Shown in pieces: positions 38,096-46,440 of a stretch of DNA of 49,978 bases; within the stretch, counting starts at the first letter, position 1; each line of letters opens with the position of its first letter. The notes under the pieces are model-generated. The model did not search any database. It worked only from the letters and a program-made list of their open reading frames with translations, and had not been told where the DNA came from. Source of the DNA: an uncultured Bordetella sp. (lineage in GTDB: Bacteria > Pseudomonadota > Gammaproteobacteria > Burkholderiales > SG8-39); contig CAZZDV010000006.1 of the NCBI GenBank assembly GCA_964652785.1, forward strand, positions 1 through 49,978, given 5' to 3'. Made by a program: the position numbers and the translations under genes.

Positions 38096-38836
38096 CTAGG
38101 CCATGTACATGCCGCCGTTGACATGCAGGACTGATCCTGTGATATAGCCCGCGGCCGGCGATGCCAGGAATGAAACCGCGGCGGCCACATCTTCGGGCGC
38201 TCCGAGGCGGGCCAGGGGAATCTGTCCGAGCAGCGCGCTTTTCTGTTCCTCCGAAAGCGCGCGAGTCATGTCGGTGTCGATGAAGCCCGGCGCCACGCAA
38301 TTGACGGTGATGTTGCGGCTGCCGATCTCCCGGGCCAGCGATTTGCTCATGCCGACCACGCCCGCCTTGGCCGCGGCGTAGTTCATCTGTCCCGCGTTGC
38401 CGGCGGCGCCGACGACCGAGGTGATGCTGATGATTCGCCCCCAGCGCGCCTTCATCATCCCGCGCAGCACGCCGCGCGAAAGCTTGAACACGGAACGCAG
38501 GTTGGTCTGGATGACCTCGTCCCATTCCTCGTCCTTCATGCGCAGGCCGAGGTTGTCGCGCACGATGGCTGCGTTGTTGACGAGGATCGCGATGTCGCCG
38601 AATTCCTTCGAGATCGATGCAATGATTGCGTCGCACTGGGCGGCATCGCGCACGTCGAGCTTGCGGCCTGCGCCGCCGGCGGATGCGAGTGCCTCGCCAA
38701 TCGCCTTTGCCCCCTCGTCGCTGGTCGCCGTGCCCACTACCGTCGCCGATTCTTTCGCGAGCGCCACGGCGATTGCACGACCGATGCCCCGCGACGCGCC
38801 GGTGACGAGTGCGACCTTGCCGGCCAGCGCGCTCAT
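38096..38836 (-). CDS. fabG: 3-oxoacyl-ACP reductase
   Basis: Contains KVALVTGASRGIGRAIA, NYAAAKAG and VHVNGGMYM. ATGA overlap with the fabD stop. Confidence 0.93.
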   Translation of the reverse strand: MSALAGKVALVTGASRGIGRAIAVALAKESATVVGTATSDEGAKAIGEALASAGGAGRKLDVRDAAQCDAIIASISKEFGDIAILVNNAAIVRDNLGLRMKDEEWDEVIQTNLRSVFKLSRGVLRGMMKARWGRIISITSVVGAAGNAGQMNYAAAKAGVVGMSKSLAREIGSRNITVNCVAPGFIDTDMTRALSEEQKSALLGQIPLARLGAPEDVAAAVSFLASPAAGYITGSVLHVNGGMYMA

Positions 38837-39768
38837 GCGCCCCTCACCGTCGACAACGCCTGCTCGAGCGAAGCGCGATCGGCAATGGCGAATCCCCGCA
38901 GGCCCGGGTCGATTCGCCTGGCAAGACCCGCAAGCACCTTGCCGGGTCCGCATTCGACGATATGCGTGACGCCCGATTCGGCCATCTTCGTAACGATCTC
39001 GACCCAGCGCACTGGCGATGCAGCCTGCCTCACCAGCGCGTCCTTGATCGACGCCGGCTCCGACTTCACCGCAACATCGACGTTATTGATGACGGCGATC
39101 GACGTGGCCTTCATGTTCACTCCGGCAAGGTAGGCCTTCAGTGCATCCGCGGCCGGCTGCATGAGGCTCGAGTGGAACGGCGCGCTTACCGGCAGCAGAA
39201 CTGCGCGCTTGGCGCCTTTCGCCTTGCAGGCCTCCATCGCGCGGGCGACGGCGTTCTTGTTGCCCGCGATCACCACCTGTCCGGGGCCGTTGAAATTCAC
39301 CGCCTGCACGACTTCGCCCTGAGCGGCTTCCTCGCATGCGGCGCGCACGACTGCATCGTCCAGGTTCAGGATCGCTGCCATGGCGCCCTCACCGGCCGGG
39401 ACCGCCTTCTGCATCGCCTCCGCACGGTGCCGCACCAGCGCAAGACACTCCGCAAACGTAAGGGCCTGCGCAGCCACCAGCGCCGTGTACTCACCGAGGC
39501 TGTGCCCGGCGACGACCTCGGGCCTGGGACCGCCAAGTCCGATCCATGCGCGGTAGGCCGCGTATCCCGCCGTCACCATCGCAGGCTGGGTGTTGACCGT
39601 GAGGCCGAGCGCATCCGCCGGGCCTTCGTCGAGGAGCTCGAGAAAATCCTCACCAAGCGCCGCCGCCGCTTCACCCCGGACGGCCTCGATGCCCGGCAAC
39701 CCGTCGTACGCACGCAGCATGCCGACGGATTGCGAGCCCTGGCCGGGAAACACCATTGCGAGTTTCAT
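38833..39768 (-). CDS. fabD: Malonyl-CoA:ACP transacylase
   Basis: Contains FPGQGSQSVGM and GHSLGEYTALV. Confidence 0.93.
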   Translation of the reverse strand: MKLAMVFPGQGSQSVGMLRAYDGLPGIEAVRGEAAAALGEDFLELLDEGPADALGLTVNTQPAMVTAGYAAYRAWIGLGGPRPEVVAGHSLGEYTALVAAQALTFAECLALVRHRAEAMQKAVPAGEGAMAAILNLDDAVVRAACEEAAQGEVVQAVNFNGPGQVVIAGNKNAVARAMEACKAKGAKRAVLLPVSAPFHSSLMQPAADALKAYLAGVNMKATSIAVINNVDVAVKSEPASIKDALVRQAASPVRWVEIVTKMAESGVTHIVECGPGKVLAGLARRIDPGLRGFAIADRASLEQALSTVRGA

Positions 39769-39782
39769 CTAATGGATTCCCC

Positions 39783-40742
39783 CTAAAAGGTCGCGTAGAC
39801 CGCGCCCCACGTGAATCCGCCGCCGACGCCTTCCATGAGCAGGCGATGACCCGGAAGAATCCTGCCCGCGCGGACATACTCATCCAGCGCCAGCGGGATC
39901 GAAGCCGCAGACGTGTTGCCGTGGTGGTCGACCGTGAGGACGACCTTCTCCAAAGGCAGGCCGAGCTTGCGCGCGGTCGCCTCGAGGATCCGGACGTTAG
40001 CCTGGTGCGGGATCAGCCAATCGACCTCGTCAATGCTCGCTCCGGCTGCGGCAAGCGTTTCCCGGCCGACTTCATCGAGGACCTTGACGGCAAACTTGAA
40101 GACCTGGTTGCCGGCCATCTGGAGGAAAGGCGAGCCGATGATCTTGCCGTTGCTCACGTTGCCGGGGACGCAAAGGATCCCGGCATGGCGACCGTCGGCG
40201 CGCAAAACGCTCGAATGGATGCCCGGCGAATCCGACGCGCGCAGCACCACGGCCCCCGCCCCATCGCCAAAAAGCACGCAGGTGCCTCGATCGTTCCAGT
40301 CGAGGATCCGGGAGAAGACTTCAGCGCCCACGACCAGCGCGCATTTGTGCTGGCCGGACTTGATGAACTTGTCCGCAATCGCGAGCCCGTAGACGAATCC
40401 GCTGCAGACGGCCTGCACGTCGAAAGCCGCGCAATCCCTGATCCCGAGCTTGGCCTGCAGCAGGCAGGCTGTGCTGGGAAAAATAAAATCAGGGGTCGAG
40501 GTTGCCACAACGATGAGGTCGACCTCGTCTTCCTTGGCGCCCGCAGCCTGCATTGCCGCGCGGCAGGCCTCGAGGGCAAGGTCGCTCGACGCCTGCGTAT
40601 CCTCGGCAATGTGACGCTGGGCGATGCCCGTTCTCTCGCGGATCCACTGGTCGCTCGTCTCGAGTCGCTCGGCGAATTCGGCGTTGGTGACGACCCGGGG
40701 CGGAAGATAGCTGCCGGTTCCGGCAATGCGCGAATAGATCAT
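39783..40742 (-). CDS. fabH: Beta-ketoacyl-ACP synthase III
   Basis: Contains the active-site AACSGFVY-type motif ([11 protein letters not shown]), HQANVRI and [12 protein letters not shown]. Confidence 0.93.
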   Translation of the reverse strand: MIYSRIAGTGSYLPPRVVTNAEFAERLETSDQWIRERTGIAQRHIAEDTQASSDLALEACRAAMQAAGAKEDEVDLIVVATSTPDFIFPSTACLLQAKLGIRDCAAFDVQAVCSGFVYGLAIADKFIKSGQHKCALVVGAEVFSRILDWNDRGTCVLFGDGAGAVVLRASDSPGIHSSVLRADGRHAGILCVPGNVSNGKIIGSPFLQMAGNQVFKFAVKVLDEVGRETLAAAGASIDEVDWLIPHQANVRILEATARKLGLPLEKVVLTVDHHGNTSAASIPLALDEYVRAGRILPGHRLLMEGVGGGFTWGAVYATF

Positions 40743-41762
40743 TCAGGCTGCTTTGGGCGGATGTAGCAAAGCCATTCGTTGTGAGATGCGTTTGGGCACC
40801 CCGTTCCTGACTTCCTCCACGGCGCGCTCCAGGGCCTGTTCGAAAGCGAAAGCGTCGGCCGAACCATGGCTCTTGATGACGATCCCTTTCAGGCCGAGAA
40901 GGCTCGCGCCATTATAGCGGCGGTGATCCATGCGCTTGCGAAACGCGTTGATCACCGGCAGCGCGACGATCGCCGCCATTTTCGAGAATGCGTTGCGCTT
41001 GAATTCCTCGCGCAGGAATGACGCAATCATCTGCGCGACACCTTCCGAGCACTTGAGCGCGACATTGCCGACGAACCCGTCACACACGACCACGTCGGTC
41101 GTCCCCTTGTAGATGTCGTCGCCTTCGACGTTGCCGTAGAAATTGAGGCCGCTGTCGCGCAGCAGCTCGGCGGCGCGCTTGACCAGGTCGTTGCCCTTGA
41201 TGTCTTCGACACCGATGTTGAGAAGACCGACCGACGGTGTCTCGTTGTGCTCGACTGCCGCGACCAGGCTCGCGCCCATGATGCCGAACTGAAGGAGGTT
41301 CTCCGGTCCGCAATCGACGTTCGCGCCGAGGTCGAGAACATAAACGCGCCCGCGCATGGTCGGGAGGACGCTGCAGATTGCAGGCCGGTCGATGCCTGGC
41401 AGGGTTTTCAACACGAAGCGAGAGACGGCCATCAGCGCGCCCGTATTGCCCGCACTGATGCAGGCGTGCGCCTCGCCGGCCTTAACGAGGTTGACTGCAA
41501 CCCGCATCGAGGAGTCCTTCTTGCCGCGCAATGCGCTCGCGGCGGACTCGTCCATGGTCACGACTTCCGACGCATGGTGCACGCGAAGGCGCGTGCCGAC
41601 GGCGGCTTTGTGCGCCGTCAGTTCAGCGGTGATTGCATCCTGAAGCCCGACCAGCACCAGGTCGACCCCAGGGGTGCGCTTCTGGAAGGCGAGTGCCGCG
41701 GGAACGGTGACATGCGGGCCGTGGTCGCCCCCCATGCAATCGATGGCAACCGTAATGTCCAT
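40743..41762 (-). CDS. plsX: Phosphate acyltransferase
   Basis: Contains [12 protein letters not shown]...[11 protein letters not shown]...[14 protein letters not shown]. Confidence 0.93.
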   Translation of the reverse strand: MDITVAIDCMGGDHGPHVTVPAALAFQKRTPGVDLVLVGLQDAITAELTAHKAAVGTRLRVHHASEVVTMDESAASALRGKKDSSMRVAVNLVKAGEAHACISAGNTGALMAVSRFVLKTLPGIDRPAICSVLPTMRGRVYVLDLGANVDCGPENLLQFGIMGASLVAAVEHNETPSVGLLNIGVEDIKGNDLVKRAAELLRDSGLNFYGNVEGDDIYKGTTDVVVCDGFVGNVALKCSEGVAQMIASFLREEFKRNAFSKMAAIVALPVINAFRKRMDHRRYNGASLLGLKGIVIKSHGSADAFAFEQALERAVEEVRNGVPKRISQRMALLHPPKAA

Positions 41763-41809
41763 GCCGGATCCGGAACGGCCGCCGTGGACGGCCGGTATGT
41801 GGCCGGGGA

Positions 41810-41989
41810 CTATTCGTCCTTGCCTTTGATGACCTTCTTGCCCCGGTAGAAACCGGTGGCGCTGATGTGATGGCGACGGTGGGTTTCGCCCGTGGTCGGC
41901 TCGACCGCGAGCGAGGGGCTCGTCAGAAAGTCGTGCGCGCGATGCATGCCGCGCTTGGACGGGGACTTCTTGTTCTGCTGGACTGCCAT
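41810..41989 (-). CDS. rpmF: 50S ribosomal protein L32
   Basis: [20 protein letters not shown]..., 59 aa. GGAG Shine-Dalgarno sequence upstream. Confidence 0.93.
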   Translation of the reverse strand: MAVQQNKKSPSKRGMHRAHDFLTSPSLAVEPTTGETHRRHHISATGFYRGKKVIKGKDE

Positions 41990-42005
41990 GATAAAACTCC
42001 TTTCG

Positions 42006-42536
42006 TCAATTTCCGGCCCGGCCGCCCCGATCGAGCAATCCGCGCAAGTTCGCAAACGGCGAAGCCTTTTGCCCGCCATCTTCCGCGCCGCTGCCCGAGC
42101 ATTGCTCGTGCCTCGGCGCAAACGGGATCGCCAGGAGGATTTCGTCCTCCACGAGCGTCCCAACCGCCATTTCCCTGTCCGCCAGAATTCGATCCGGAAC
42201 ATCCGGGTCGACCGGCTGCGCCTCGATTTCGGCTTCGTTTCTTGCCAGCACCAGCATCTCGTCGAGTTGCAACGGGAAAGCCAGGACCTTCAGGCAACGC
42301 TGGCAGGTCAGTTGCAGTTCGCCCGCTATGCGGATGCGGATTGCCGGCCTGCCTGCGTCGTCCCGCGTGCCTTCGACCTCATAATCGAGTTCGCCGGTGT
42401 TCGAATTCAGCATGTCCTGCAGCCTGCCGAACCCTGCGACCTTGCACCTGCCGCGCAGCGTACCCCCGGTATCGGCGAACTTGGGACCGTCGATAAGCGG
42501 GAAGCCTTCCCGCAGTGATTGGGGATGAATCTGCAT
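42006..42536 (-). CDS. yceD: YceD-family (DUF177) protein
   Basis: The paired Cys motifs LTCQRCL ... HEQC are typical of DUF177. It occupies the conserved position upstream of rpmF. Confidence 0.85.
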   Translation of the reverse strand: MQIHPQSLREGFPLIDGPKFADTGGTLRGRCKVAGFGRLQDMLNSNTGELDYEVEGTRDDAGRPAIRIRIAGELQLTCQRCLKVLAFPLQLDEMLVLARNEAEIEAQPVDPDVPDRILADREMAVGTLVEDEILLAIPFAPRHEQCSGSGAEDGGQKASPFANLRGLLDRGGRAGN

Positions 42537-42597
42537 GGCTGGCGAGGCGGAAACCGGAAATGATACCATTCCTGAAAAACCCCGTCAAAACAAAGTC

Positions 42598-43185
42598 ATG
42601 ACCGATCAGCGCAGGCTCGTACTGGCCTCGACGTCCGTTTACCGCCGTGAGCTTCTCCAGCGGCTGGGCATGACTTTCGAGTGCGCCCGTCCGGATGTGG
42701 ACGAGACGCAGCTGCCCGGAGAGGCTCCGAGCGTCACGGCCGAGCGCCTGTCCAGGGCGAAAGCGCAGGCCGTGGCGGCGAGTTTCCCCGACACTTTGAT
42801 CATCGGGTCCGACCAGGTCGCGTCCTGCGAGGGTCGCCGGATGGACAAGCCGGGATCGCACGAAAACGCTGTCGCCCAGCTCGCGTGGTTGTCCGGACGC
42901 CACGCCCGGTTCGACACCGCGGTGAGCCTCCTCGACACCAGGTCAGGCCGCATCGAATCCCGGGTCATCGCGTGCCAAGTCCATTTCCGCACCTTGGACC
43001 CCGAGACGATCGAGACCTACCTTCGGCGGGAGCAGCCCTATGACTGTGCCGGCAGCGCCAAGGCCGAGGGCCTCGGGATCGTGCTCATCTCGCGCATCGA
43101 TACCGAAGACCCGACTTCGCTGATCGGCCTGCCGCTCATAGCCTTGACGGGCTTGCTGGATGCGTTTGGCGCCAGCCCCCTCTGA
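42598..43185 (+). CDS. maf: Maf-family nucleoside triphosphate pyrophosphatase (YceF-type)
   Basis: Contains LVLASTSVYRRELLQRLG...IIGSDQV...PYDCAGSAKAEGLG. It is divergent from yceD, as in many proteobacteria. Confidence 0.88.
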   Translation: MTDQRRLVLASTSVYRRELLQRLGMTFECARPDVDETQLPGEAPSVTAERLSRAKAQAVAASFPDTLIIGSDQVASCEGRRMDKPGSHENAVAQLAWLSGRHARFDTAVSLLDTRSGRIESRVIACQVHFRTLDPETIETYLRREQPYDCAGSAKAEGLGIVLISRIDTEDPTSLIGLPLIALTGLLDAFGASPL

Positions 43186-43191
43186 GGAGGC

Positions 43192-44139
43192 TCAGCGCAT
43201 CAAAGCGGGCGAGTAGCGCACAGCGAATTCCGCGAGCGAGCTGGCCGCGCCCGCCCCGAGCCGCCGTGCAAACTTCTCGGCAATGTTTTCCTTCTGCGAA
43301 TAGTCCACGATGTCCTCGGCCTTGATCACTTCCCGGGCGACGTACTCGAGGCTGCCGAAGCTGTCGGCGAGGCCAAGGTCGATGCTCTTCTGGCCGGTCC
43401 AGATGAGCCCGCTGAAAATCTCCGGCGTCTCCTTCAGCCGCTTGCCCCTGCCTTCGCGGACCACGGCGATAAACTGCTGGTGGATTTCGTTGAGCATGCC
43501 GAGCGCGTGCGCCTGCTGTTTCGCGTCTACCGGCAGGAACGGGTCGAGGAATCCCTTGTTCTCCCCTGCGGTGAGCAGCCGGCGTTCGATCCCGAGCTTG
43601 TCCATGAGCCCCGTAACGCCCCAGCTGTCCATGCGCACGCCGATCGACCCCACAAGGCTGGATTTGTTGACGTAGATCCGGTCCGCCGCGGCAGCGATGA
43701 AGTAGCCGCCCGAGGCGCACAGGTCCTCGACCACCACATAGAGAGGAATCGTCGGATACTTTTTCTTCAGGCGCCGCATCTCGTCGTAGATATTCTGCGA
43801 CTGGACGGGACTGCCGCCCGGGCTGTTGACGCGGACGACGACGCCCTGTGTATTCGAGTCCTTGAACGCGGCCTGCAATGCGTTGTTGATCTTCTCCGCG
43901 CTGTTGTCGGTGCCCGGCCCGATGATGCCGCTCACCTCGACGAGCGCCGTGTGCTTGCCGCCGGTCGCGCCGTCGGTCTTGCTCCAGTCGAACGCAAGTA
44001 CGAGGATCAGCGTGAGGTAGGCGAAAGTGAGCACCTTGAAGAAGATGCCCCACCGGCGCGCGGCCCGCTGCTCCTTGATCCCGGAGAGCGCGAGCTTCTC
44101 GATCATTTCGCGCTCCCAATGTCTTTCGTTGTCAGCCAT
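43192..44139 (-). CDS. sppA: S49-family signal peptide peptidase (SppA, 36K type)
   Basis: Has an N-terminal TM segment and the motif CASGGYFIAAAADRIYVNKSSLVGSIGV. Confidence 0.88.
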   Translation of the reverse strand: MADNERHWEREMIEKLALSGIKEQRAARRWGIFFKVLTFAYLTLILVLAFDWSKTDGATGGKHTALVEVSGIIGPGTDNSAEKINNALQAAFKDSNTQGVVVRVNSPGGSPVQSQNIYDEMRRLKKKYPTIPLYVVVEDLCASGGYFIAAAADRIYVNKSSLVGSIGVRMDSWGVTGLMDKLGIERRLLTAGENKGFLDPFLPVDAKQQAHALGMLNEIHQQFIAVVREGRGKRLKETPEIFSGLIWTGQKSIDLGLADSFGSLEYVAREVIKAEDIVDYSQKENIAEKFARRLGAGAASSLAEFAVRYSPALMR

Positions 44140-44488
44140 CCGATAGATCCTTCAACACTATGAAGCCGTCGCGCTCTTCGACGGCGAGTTTGACGAGCGG
44201 ACCGCCCGCGCACGGACCGCCAAGGCATTTTCCGCTCGAAGCCGAGTAGATCGCCCCGTGGGTCGAGCATATCAAATCGCGCCCCTCCAAATCGAAGAAC
44301 ACGCCCGGCTGCCAGTCGAGTTCCAGGGCCACATGGGAGCACCGGTTGAGATAGGCGTGCACTTTTCCGTCATGCCGGACCACGAATGCCGCGGCTAATT
44401 GATTGCGAAACAGGACTTCGAAGCGCACCCCCTTTCCGGCGTCCACGAGCTCGCCGGAGGCGCAGATGACCCGCGCGTCGTCAGCCAT
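44132..44488 (-). CDS. Small Rieske [2Fe-2S] domain protein
   Basis: 118 aa with the Rieske ligand motifs CSHV (CxH) and CSTHG (CxxH). ATG 44488 overlaps the HAD gene stop. Confidence 0.8.
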   Translation of the reverse strand: MADDARVICASGELVDAGKGVRFEVLFRNQLAAAFVVRHDGKVHAYLNRCSHVALELDWQPGVFFDLEGRDLICSTHGAIYSASSGKCLGGPCAGGPLVKLAVEERDGFIVLKDLSDG

Positions 44489-45143
44489 GCGTCTCCAGCC
44501 ACGCCCCGAGCTCCGGGATGCTGGAGACAACGCCCTTGGGCGTACGCGCGCGCAGGACGTCTCCGGGATGCGCGCCATAAGTAACCGCAACCGCATCGAC
44601 CCCTGCATTCGCCGCCATTTCGAGGTCATGCGAAGTGTCGCCGATCATGAGCAAATCGCGCGGCTCGTAAGCCCGTTCCCGCATTAGCTCGTTCAGCATC
44701 GCCGGATGCGGTTTCGGATTCGTCTCGTCCGCGCAGCGGGAAGCCACGAAATACGACTGGAGGTCGGAAGCCGCAAGCGCGCGGTCGAGTCCCCGCCGGC
44801 TCTTGCCGGTCGCGACCGCGAGCGCATAGCCCGCATCGCAAAGGCCGCGGAGCAACTCGCCGACGCCGGGAAACAGCACCATGCCGGTTTCGCGCGCAAG
44901 AAAATGCTTGCGATAAAGGTCCGCGAAGGCGGCGTACCCGCTTTCCGGCAGTTCCGGCACGGCGGTCCGGAGCGAATCGTGCAGCCCGAGCCCGATTACG
45001 TGACGGGCCCGCTCGAGCGTCGGCACCGGGAGCCCCATTTCGCGGCTCGCCTCCTGGATGCAGGCGGCGATCCCGCTGGCCGAATCCATGAGCGTGCCGT
45101 CCCAGTCGAAAACGATCAGCCGGTAGCGCGGTTCAGTCTTCAT
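44481..45143 (-). CDS. HAD-family hydrolase (phosphoglycolate-phosphatase-like)
   Basis: Contains HAD motif I IVFDWDGTLMDS, motif II VATGKS, and motif IV IGDTSHDLEMAANAG. Confidence 0.85.
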   Translation of the reverse strand: MKTEPRYRLIVFDWDGTLMDSASGIAACIQEASREMGLPVPTLERARHVIGLGLHDSLRTAVPELPESGYAAFADLYRKHFLARETGMVLFPGVGELLRGLCDAGYALAVATGKSRRGLDRALAASDLQSYFVASRCADETNPKPHPAMLNELMRERAYEPRDLLMIGDTSHDLEMAANAGVDAVAVTYGAHPGDVLRARTPKGVVSSIPELGAWLETHG

Positions 45144-46074
45144 CGGTCAGGCGGTCGCAAACGTAGCGTTGCATGTCAGGGGGCAAAGGCGATTCGAAAG
45201 CGAGCGCCTCGCCGGTCAGCGGATGCGCCAATGATAGCTTTCGCGCATGCAGGAACAGCCGCTTCACGCCCTGCTTGACCAATGCCCGGTTCAATTCGAA
45301 ATCCCCGTACTTGTCGTCGCCAAGGATCGGATGGCCGATATGGGCGGCGTGGACCCTGATCTGGTGCGTGCGCCCGGTCATCAAGCGCGCCTCGACCTCG
45401 GAAGCGGTCGTGCCGATGGTCAGGGGCTTGAATCGGGTCACGGCGCGGGCGCCGTCTTCGCGTGCGCTGACACGTCGCTCGCCTTCCGCGGTCACATACT
45501 TGTGCAGGGGCACGTCCACGTTGCGGGCGCCGCCCTTCCAGCGGCCTTTGACCACCGCCACGTAGTCCTTGCGGACCTCACCGTCCCGCAGCATCCGGTG
45601 CAGCTCGACCAGGGCGGTGCGCTTCTTGCCCAGCATCAGGAGCCCGGATGTGTCGCGATCCAGACGGTGCGCAAGCTCCAGGAACTTGGCTTTCGGGCGT
45701 TCGGCGCGCATCGACTCGATCACCCCATAGCTCACGCCGCTTCCGCCGTGGACGGCCACCCCCGAAGGCTTGTCGATCACGATCAATGCGTCGTCCTCGA
45801 ACACGATGGGGAGGTTGAGCGGACGGGGCGCGGGTCGAACTGCGGGGGTGGCCACCCGGACCGGCGGCACCCTGACCCGGTCGCCGAGCTTGAGCTTGTA
45901 GTCCTGCTTGACCCGGCCGCTGTTCACGCGGACCTCGCCGCTGCGCAGGATCCGGTACACATGGCTCTTCGGCACGCCCTTGAGCCTGCGGATCAGGAAA
46001 TTGTCGATTCTCTGGTCGGTGCTTTCTTCGCCTACTTCAAGCAGCGTCGCCCGAGCTTTACTTAACTCGTTCAT
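45133..46074 (-). CDS. rluC: 23S rRNA pseudouridine synthase RluC (RluA family)
   Basis: Contains an S4 domain (QRIDNFLIRRLKGVPKSHVYRILRSGEVRVN) and the catalytic HRLDRDTSGLL motif. It is divergent from rne, as in E. coli. Confidence 0.88.
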   Translation of the reverse strand: MNELSKARATLLEVGEESTDQRIDNFLIRRLKGVPKSHVYRILRSGEVRVNSGRVKQDYKLKLGDRVRVPPVRVATPAVRPAPRPLNLPIVFEDDALIVIDKPSGVAVHGGSGVSYGVIESMRAERPKAKFLELAHRLDRDTSGLLMLGKKRTALVELHRMLRDGEVRKDYVAVVKGRWKGGARNVDVPLHKYVTAEGERRVSAREDGARAVTRFKPLTIGTTASEVEARLMTGRTHQIRVHAAHIGHPILGDDKYGDFELNRALVKQGVKRLFLHARKLSLAHPLTGEALAFESPLPPDMQRYVCDRLTDED

Positions 46075-46086
46075 TTTGCATATAAT
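46058..46086 (+). promoter_or_regulatory. Candidate sigma-70 promoter for rne
   Basis: TTACTT-N17-TATAAT (46081-46086) would give a leader of about 345 nt. That is comparable in length to the long E. coli rne leader. Confidence 0.35.
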
Positions 46087-46440
46087 TGGCCGCTTGCTTT
46101 GAGTTGCGAGGCACGGTCCGAAGCTTTTCGGCCGGCGAAACCGCCGAGTCCGGGACCATTTACCCGCCTCCTGCCCGGCCATTGCCGGGCCCGGAGCAAC
46201 TGGTCAAATTCGCTCACCGGAAGTAGCGATAGTACTTGAAAGCGCACACAGAGAGTCTGACCCAAGGAACCTCGCCGCGCCCCGCACAGGAGCGGAGCGC
46301 CACGATCCCGGCTTCCCGCCGGTATTTCGTTCACCACGACGACCCTGTCGAATCTTCGAAATAGGCAAATCAAAGCTTAAGAGCTAACGAAACGCTGACC
46401 GTCGGTTCACGGACTCTCCTGCGGCGCAGGAGAACAACAA
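46087..46440 (+). promoter_or_regulatory. Long structured rne 5' leader (candidate autoregulatory element)
   Basis: About 350 nt of non-coding sequence with several GC hairpins, such as CCCGGC-catt-GCCGGG. A hairpin CTCCTGC-ggc-GCAGGAG (46416-46432) sequesters the AGGAG Shine-Dalgarno sequence 8 nt before the GTG start. Confidence 0.45.
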
